From a virus (taxonomy: Duplodnaviria; Caudoviricetes): DNA of 64,000 bases. Made by a program: the position numbers and the translations under genes. The notes under the pieces were generated by a model that had not been told where the DNA came from, made no database searches, and worked only from the letters and a program-made list of their open reading frames with translations. The stretch lies in IMG/VR virus record IMGVR_UViG_3300029288_000075, positions 1 through 64,000 of that record; one strand, given 5' to 3'. Shown piece after piece: positions 58,584-64,000 of this stretch (its first letter is position 1; each line of letters starts with the position of its first letter).

Positions 58584-59848
58584 TGGCGGGTCACCACCAG
58601 GGACTAGCCGAGGCGGCGCGCGGGGCAATACGGCCTCGTACGGAATTCCGTACAAGCATGACTGCGCCGTCAGGGTTGGGTGACACCAACATACTCATGG
58701 CGCGCGTCATCAACGTGGACCTAGTGCACTACACCGTTGACGTATACAGTCAGTTCGATCAAGTGCGCCTGCTGTCGGTGCCCATCGGGTCTCCATATCT
58801 GCACTCGAATCGTGGAGATGGACTCTCTATCACCCCAGAGATTGGTGCCAAGTGTGCCGTCTGCTGGCCTGGGGATAGTTCTCCTCCATTCGTTCTGGCC
58901 TTTGTTATGCCGCACGAGACGGTACCGACGACAGGTGATGCGGAGAGCCCTGGAGGAACGTCCGAGCGCAGCGACAGTAATCAGGGTCCTTCTACAGCCA
59001 GTTTTGCTGGAGGTAGACCAAAGGGTAAGCCGGGGGACATAGCTCTGCGGGGTCGGGATGGGCAGTTCGTTGTACTGCACCGCGGCGGCGTGCTCCAGGT
59101 TGGAAGCAACGAGCTAGCGCAACGCTTGTATATCCCGCTGAACAACCTGGTGATGGACGTGGCCGAGAACTATGCCATGCAGAATTCCGGCGGGTCAATA
59201 CGCTGGGGAATACAAGAGGGAGAAGGTGAGACCACCCTTCCTACTGAGTACAAGCACGCCATGCGCGTGTACGCGAACGACAAGTATGCAGATCTTCGCA
59301 TAGGCATGGGGCGCGTACATGATCCAGTGCCCGAGATGGATGACGACGGGATTACGGACTTGGCAGCCGCTGAAGTAGGAAAGACAGAGCCCATCGTGTG
59401 CGAGCTCTCCCTTGCTAGGAACGGGTTCAAAGCAGAGAGCGGTGCGCTACTACCTGGTACGGGCAACCTGGTGAAGCTTCGATTCATCTTTGACCGTGCT
59501 GGCAACGCGTTTCTGCGTATGGATGGAAACGTTGGTATCTTGTGCAAGAAGAAGTTGCGTCTTCGTGTGAAGGGCGACATGGAGGTGTTCGCCGACAGCA
59601 ACTTCAGCCTGACTGTAGCTAGCAGTGCAAAGATAGCCGTGGGTGGGAACTTCGAGCTCACGGCACCCGTGGTGCGCGTAAACGATGGAGACAAGCCTGT
59701 AGCACGTGTAGGGGACCAGGTGTCCGTAACGTTACCGCCTACGTTGCTCATGGTAGCTCCGGGCCCGCCGGGGTTCATGCCAATACCGCCGGGCATGAAC
59801 TCAACGATTGGTGTCATCACCAGTGGTAGATCGGACTTCTTGGCGTAA
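58583..59848 (+). CDS. Baseplate central spike (gp5/GpV-like) with PAAR-like tip
   Basis: OB-fold (TPEIGAKCAV), beta-strand repeats, KPVARVGD. Confidence 0.7.
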   Translation: MAGHHQGLAEAARGAIRPRTEFRTSMTAPSGLGDTNILMARVINVDLVHYTVDVYSQFDQVRLLSVPIGSPYLHSNRGDGLSITPEIGAKCAVCWPGDSSPPFVLAFVMPHETVPTTGDAESPGGTSERSDSNQGPSTASFAGGRPKGKPGDIALRGRDGQFVVLHRGGVLQVGSNELAQRLYIPLNNLVMDVAENYAMQNSGGSIRWGIQEGEGETTLPTEYKHAMRVYANDKYADLRIGMGRVHDPVPEMDDDGITDLAAAEVGKTEPIVCELSLARNGFKAESGALLPGTGNLVKLRFIFDRAGNAFLRMDGNVGILCKKKLRLRVKGDMEVFADSNFSLTVASSAKIAVGGNFELTAPVVRVNDGDKPVARVGDQVSVTLPPTLLMVAPGPPGFMPIPPGMNSTIGVITSGRSDFLA

Positions 59849-60489
59849 TGGTAAACGACATCGGCAGCTATACGCTTGGTGGCATCAACATTGGATTGGC
59901 CGTAGGCATAGGCCTGATCAACCCACTGCTACTGCAGTTCGACTTGTTCCTGACAGGACAGTTCGGTCTTGGGCCATTTCTGCTGGATGTGCAGGTAGCT
60001 TTCAATGCAGCGATATCCGCGGTGTTGCAGCTCAGCATCGGGATCTCTGACCCGTTGGCGATACTGCGGTCGTTGCTCATGGCTATGGTGCAATTGCAAG
60101 CTTCGTTGTCGGTGATGCTGTCTTTCGGATTGCCCACGGTTACTGCGCAGATAGGCGCACAGATTGCTGCTGTGGCAGCACTCACTGGTGCCTTGGCTTT
60201 GAAGCTAGGTGGTGTGCGAGCCTTGCTGTCTGCCGGGTTGGCCGTGAAGATCCCGGTAGTGAAGTTTGTCGGACAGATCACTGGTGCACTAAGCGCTGGG
60301 CCTGCCCATTTGCTGTCCTTTACGGGAAGTACATTGGCCGCATCTGGCGTTCAGATTGCGGCAGCCTTCGCTTCTGGTCTTGGACCAGACGACCCTCTTT
60401 TGCCAACCGACTTGGTGGATGGCATCATCATCGTCACTAAGGACCCTGCCGTTTTCCAGGCTATGGGTTTGCTGCTAAAGACATCGTGA
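59848..60489 (+). CDS. Highly hydrophobic putative tail-tip protein
   Basis: TAATG-coupled to the spike; L/A/G/I-rich. Confidence 0.55.
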   Translation: MVNDIGSYTLGGINIGLAVGIGLINPLLLQFDLFLTGQFGLGPFLLDVQVAFNAAISAVLQLSIGISDPLAILRSLLMAMVQLQASLSVMLSFGLPTVTAQIGAQIAAVAALTGALALKLGGVRALLSAGLAVKIPVVKFVGQITGALSAGPAHLLSFTGSTLAASGVQIAAAFASGLGPDDPLLPTDLVDGIIIVTKDPAVFQAMGLLLKTS

Positions 60490-61007
60490 TGGCTAGCCAC
60501 TCGCAAAGATTTTGGGCTAAGGTGCAGAAGCGAGGTCCCAAGCATCCGGGGTTAGGCACACGCTGTTGGGTGTGGACCGCGGCAAGGCTTCCTGCGGGCT
60601 ATGGGTTGTTCAAGCTGAATGGCCGCAGCCGTGTTGCTCATAGTGTTGCTTGGGAGATCGAACACGGCGAACTACTTAGAGGTATCTGCGTGCTACATCG
60701 CTGCGATAATCCAGCGTGCGTGCGCCCAGACCACCTGTTTTTAGGTACCAGAGGGGACAACAATACGGATAGGTCCATAAAAGGCAGAAGTGCCAAGGGA
60801 GACCGCTCGCCCTCCAGGTTGCACCCGGAGAGCAGACCAAGAGGCTCCCGGCATGCCAATGCGAAACTGACGGAAGAGAGGGCCGCCAGGATTCGGGAGT
60901 TATATGCTGTTGGAGATACTACGCAGACCAGGCTGGCCCGGCTGTTCGGTGTTCATCAAAAGGTGATTAGTGGTATCGTTTTGGGCACTAGTTGGAAGAC
61001 CTCGTAG
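60489..61007 (+). mobile_element. Free-standing HNH homing endonuclease
   Basis: CWVWT, GYG, VLHRCDNPACVRPDHL...NNTD, C-terminal HTH. Confidence 0.85.
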
Positions 61008-61019
61008 GAGACTTGTCGC

Positions 61020-63149
61020 ATGAACCAGCCATTGTTCCTGACAGCTATGCCAGATTTCGAAAAGGGAGCTGCCGAAACGGCAATGCCCGAGGATCCCAAT
61101 GCTTGGTCCGACGAGGCACTACAAGCCTTGTACAAGCAAGTTCCTTACCTGTCTGACTTCGACTTGCACGTAGAGATGGCGGCGGTGGATGGTGAGCGAG
61201 GGTACGGGTTGGGGCATGTCAAGGTAACGTCGAAGACAGAGGCGCCGATGATGGCGCCAGCAGACCAGCTGAAGTCTGCCGGCATTCGGGAGAGTCGAAT
61301 TCCCATCATCATCAAGGACAACAAGCTGATGCCCTTGGATCTCATCGTAACGGACGACTCCAAGGTGTTGCCACTTACTGAAGGACGTTTGCGTCAGGCC
61401 ATGTTTCGTCCGCAGAACTTTGACGTTACGTCGAAGACGCCAGGCGACCAGTCGATGATTGGGCAGTTGTATCCTCCGTTTCGACAGAACTATGGATTTG
61501 GCGGGGGAGGCGTGGCGGTCAGTGCAGGCATGGGCGGCAAGACTGCCGCTGTGCACAGCGATCTCGAGGCATGGTTGACTGCAGATGTGACGAAGAAAGA
61601 GGCGTCGAGCGCGACCAAGGGTGCACGTTTCCACAAAGCACAGCAGCTACTCGGTAAGACAGGGTCGGTACTGTCGGCGGTACTCCCTACGGCAAACGTG
61701 TCCGACTTGGACGCCTTCCGTGAGGCACTGGGTGACGCTTCTACGAAAGTAGCGTTTTTTCAGAATGTTGCTGCGTATGGGGCGCTGCAGAAGATTGCGG
61801 AGACTGAGCCACGGTCGATTGCTAAGACTGCGGCCAGGCTTGCTGACGTGCTGCGCCCAAGTGTGGTGCAGTTCATCAGCAATGGTGATGGCACCTACGT
61901 TTGCAAGACAGCGAGCAGGCACAGCTGGGAAGCTCGTGAAGTAGAGGTGTCACGGCAGCTGCTGGTTCAGCACATGGGGTCCAAGCTAGCTGCCGAGGTG
62001 GACAGCGCGGGTTCGGTGACGCTAGCTCCCGAGGGTGCCGCAGCAGTCGCTGAGAGCCCACTGCCAGGGTCTGGCGCAGGTCCTATTTCAGCGCCGGGGA
62101 TGTACCAGGTGCAGACCGCGGAAGGGGAATCCCTGTCGGGGGTGGTCGTCCCGAATCTGCTGGATGTGGACGGTACGGCCCTGCCCATCTCCCTTTTCAT
62201 GGATGGTCAGCACGTGGCGGTGCAGGCAGACATGGTGGGTACCCCCCTCGGGGAGTACTCGGCCCCTGGCAGTCTTCCCGCGGATCAGGCCGCCGGGTAT
62301 GGCGTCTTCTACTTCGAGGCCGGAGGCATACCGGTGGCCACTCTCCCATTGCGTTTGGGAGCCAGCGTGGCGGGTATGGAGGGACAGACGGGTCACTTTA
62401 CGGCAGAAACCTTCGATGGGCGCCTCGTACAGGTCAGCGTGCAACCGTACGTGGCAACAGTGGTCGGTGTGGAAGACCAGATGCTCATCCCGAGCACTTG
62501 GTGCTGGATTCCGCTCGATCAGGCGCAAGAGGTAAGCCTGGCGGAGACTGCAGCGACTGCCCAAAAGGTGGCGTCGTCGGCACAAAGGGCGCTTCAAGTC
62601 ACCGTATTGGCAGGTTCGGCCGACAGTTTCTCGTTGCGGGGGGCTCCGGTAGAGAAGCTGGCGGCGGACGAACGGAACTTCCTCACCCAGGACCAGGCGC
62701 TATTTGTTCTAGTTGGCTGTGGGGCCGACCCCACCAAGTCGTTGAACAAGCTGGCGGAAGCGCTGTCGCTACCCGGCAAGCAGGCGACCCTTGCGGTGCC
62801 GCACACCCTGAAGATGGCAGAGGAGGTGCGGGGCGAGAGCTACCTGAATGCCCAGGAGTACCTGGACAATACCCCGTCATTTCGAGTGCGTTTGTGGAAA
62901 GAGGCGGCTGTCATCCCTGACCCAGTCGCGGTCGATACGGTCCTCAGCTTGGGGTTCCTCAATCCGGAGAACATCACAGCATTCGTTGGTTACCTCCCCA
63001 CGCTGGATGAGGCGCAGCGCCGCATGTGCGAGCTGCTCATTGGCGCAAGGCTTGGTTTGCGGGAGCTGTCTGATGGTGCGCTCGAGCGGGCTATTCGCGC
63101 TGTAGAGGACGTCATCGAGGGACTCAAGGTCATCGCTTTCCAGGGCTAA
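61020..63149 (+). CDS. Putative virion/head protein rich in KxA motifs, 709 aa
   Basis: GGAG RBS; about 16 K-x-A sites. Confidence 0.6.
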   Translation: MNQPLFLTAMPDFEKGAAETAMPEDPNAWSDEALQALYKQVPYLSDFDLHVEMAAVDGERGYGLGHVKVTSKTEAPMMAPADQLKSAGIRESRIPIIIKDNKLMPLDLIVTDDSKVLPLTEGRLRQAMFRPQNFDVTSKTPGDQSMIGQLYPPFRQNYGFGGGGVAVSAGMGGKTAAVHSDLEAWLTADVTKKEASSATKGARFHKAQQLLGKTGSVLSAVLPTANVSDLDAFREALGDASTKVAFFQNVAAYGALQKIAETEPRSIAKTAARLADVLRPSVVQFISNGDGTYVCKTASRHSWEAREVEVSRQLLVQHMGSKLAAEVDSAGSVTLAPEGAAAVAESPLPGSGAGPISAPGMYQVQTAEGESLSGVVVPNLLDVDGTALPISLFMDGQHVAVQADMVGTPLGEYSAPGSLPADQAAGYGVFYFEAGGIPVATLPLRLGASVAGMEGQTGHFTAETFDGRLVQVSVQPYVATVVGVEDQMLIPSTWCWIPLDQAQEVSLAETAATAQKVASSAQRALQVTVLAGSADSFSLRGAPVEKLAADERNFLTQDQALFVLVGCGADPTKSLNKLAEALSLPGKQATLAVPHTLKMAEEVRGESYLNAQEYLDNTPSFRVRLWKEAAVIPDPVAVDTVLSLGFLNPENITAFVGYLPTLDEAQRRMCELLIGARLGLRELSDGALERAIRAVEDVIEGLKVIAFQG

Positions 63150-63327
63150 GAAAAAGCGGAGGACCATGTAACAGCGTCGTGTGGCCTTACCAGCCACACG
63201 CCGTTTCCCTTTGATTCGAACTCAGGCGCAAATACATCGCTACATTGGCCGTATTGTCCGGTCTTGTGCATTCATCTGGTTGTATTTATCGACGCAAGAC
63301 AGCCTCCTTGGATTGCGTTAGTGTGCA
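63146..63327 (-). ncRNA. Candidate structured non-coding RNA
   Basis: Bounded by promoter motif D and TTTTTCTTAGC; nested stems; no good ORF. Confidence 0.35.
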
Positions 63328-63333
63328 CGTTGT

Positions 63334-63361
63334 ACTTATGCCATGCTCTGGCTAGGAATTT
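63334..63361 (-). promoter_or_regulatory. Phage-specific promoter motif D
   Basis: AAA-N16-GGCATAAGT. Confidence 0.5.
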
Positions 63362-63362
63362 C

Positions 63363-64000
63363 ATGATACGTCGTTCACCCGCAGAGAACTACTACAAGTA
63401 CCTGGTGGTGCACCCTGCCATGTACGACAACGACTACATCAGAAGCGTTTCCCAGGAGTTGGGATTGGATTGGCTTGGAGACTGGTACATCCAATGGTTG
63501 CGTGATCGACTTACGGTGCCAACTCCGTTCTACCCGGCTGACACGGGGCATACGAAGTCTCGGAAGTTCCTTCAGCGGGAGGGGTTGACTACCGCGTTCT
63601 TTCCCACGCCAGCATGGGACTCGGCATTGCGCGTTATGAGCCGGCCTCGCCAGCGTGAGGTAGTAGAAACGCTATTGGTTGCGCACGCACCGCACGAGGC
63701 TATCTGCTACACGCTCAAGGAGCGACACCATGCCACGGTGACTACAAAGGCGATACGGCTATTCAAGCACTACTTTTGGGATGTGGACATTCTGGATAGC
63801 AACGAGTTCCGCACCTTCTTGGATCTGAGGCACCATGGTGCGCTTGATGCGTACACAGACACGGATCGGATGACGCAGCTGGCATCCCGAAAGAGGATGA
63901 GGCACACCGACCCGCGGGTGGTGGCAGCCAAACTCCCACATACGCCGCTGGCAGCGACCATAGCGCAGCTCGAGCTTGGCGTGTTGCCTCATCATATTGA
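63363..64000 (+). CDS. Hypothetical protein (3' truncated)
   Basis: AGGA RBS; MIRRSPAENYYKYL... open to the window end. Confidence 0.65.
   Translation, partial: MIRRSPAENYYKYLVVHPAMYDNDYIRSVSQELGLDWLGDWYIQWLRDRLTVPTPFYPADTGHTKSRKFLQREGLTTAFFPTPAWDSALRVMSRPRQREVVETLLVAHAPHEAICYTLKERHHATVTTKAIRLFKHYFWDVDILDSNEFRTFLDLRHHGALDAYTDTDRMTQLASRKRMRHTDPRVVAAKLPHTPLAATIAQLELGVLPHHI

Noticed and set aside
60489-61007. HNH gene as part of a group I intron
   Set aside because: Flanking genes look intact with their own stop/RBS and there is no room for an intron core
1-64000. Alternative genetic code or host assignment
   Set aside because: Long genes read through under the standard code with all three stops used; no host-diagnostic marker visible

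Overview
A 64-kb segment of a large, GC-rich, contractile-tailed (myovirus/jumbo-like) bacteriophage; no host genes, tRNAs or CRISPR arrays were seen. The + strand carries virion modules: baseplate, tail, fibres and lysis-like genes (1-25025), head-associated genes and a probable portal (42265-47678), and spike/structural genes (58583-63149). The - strand carries a tightly coupled replication/recombination block (25064-42116: SF2 helicase, UDG, DnaB, primase, SSB, Pol A, DEDDh exonuclease, HU, RecA, two resolvases, Cas4-like nuclease) and a MoxR/VWA cassette (47746-52092). The centrepiece is a 2131-aa single-chain beta-beta' RNA polymerase (52188-58583) embedded in a virion operon. It lacks the beta' N-terminal zinc finger and has diverged rifampicin-pocket and sigma-binding residues. 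Minus-strand units share a promoter-like motif (AAA-N16-GGNATAAG) and a terminator signature (hairpin, T-tract, TA[G/C]), while + strand genes show sigma70-like -10 boxes. Together this suggests a phage-specific transcription system, possibly virion-delivered. Also notable: a candidate structured ncRNA driven by that motif, strong K-x-A enrichment in putative head proteins (possible new maturation-protease specificity), Zn-finger insertions in core proteins, and shared Lys-rich tails on replication proteins. All calls come from visual motif recognition; no searches were run.
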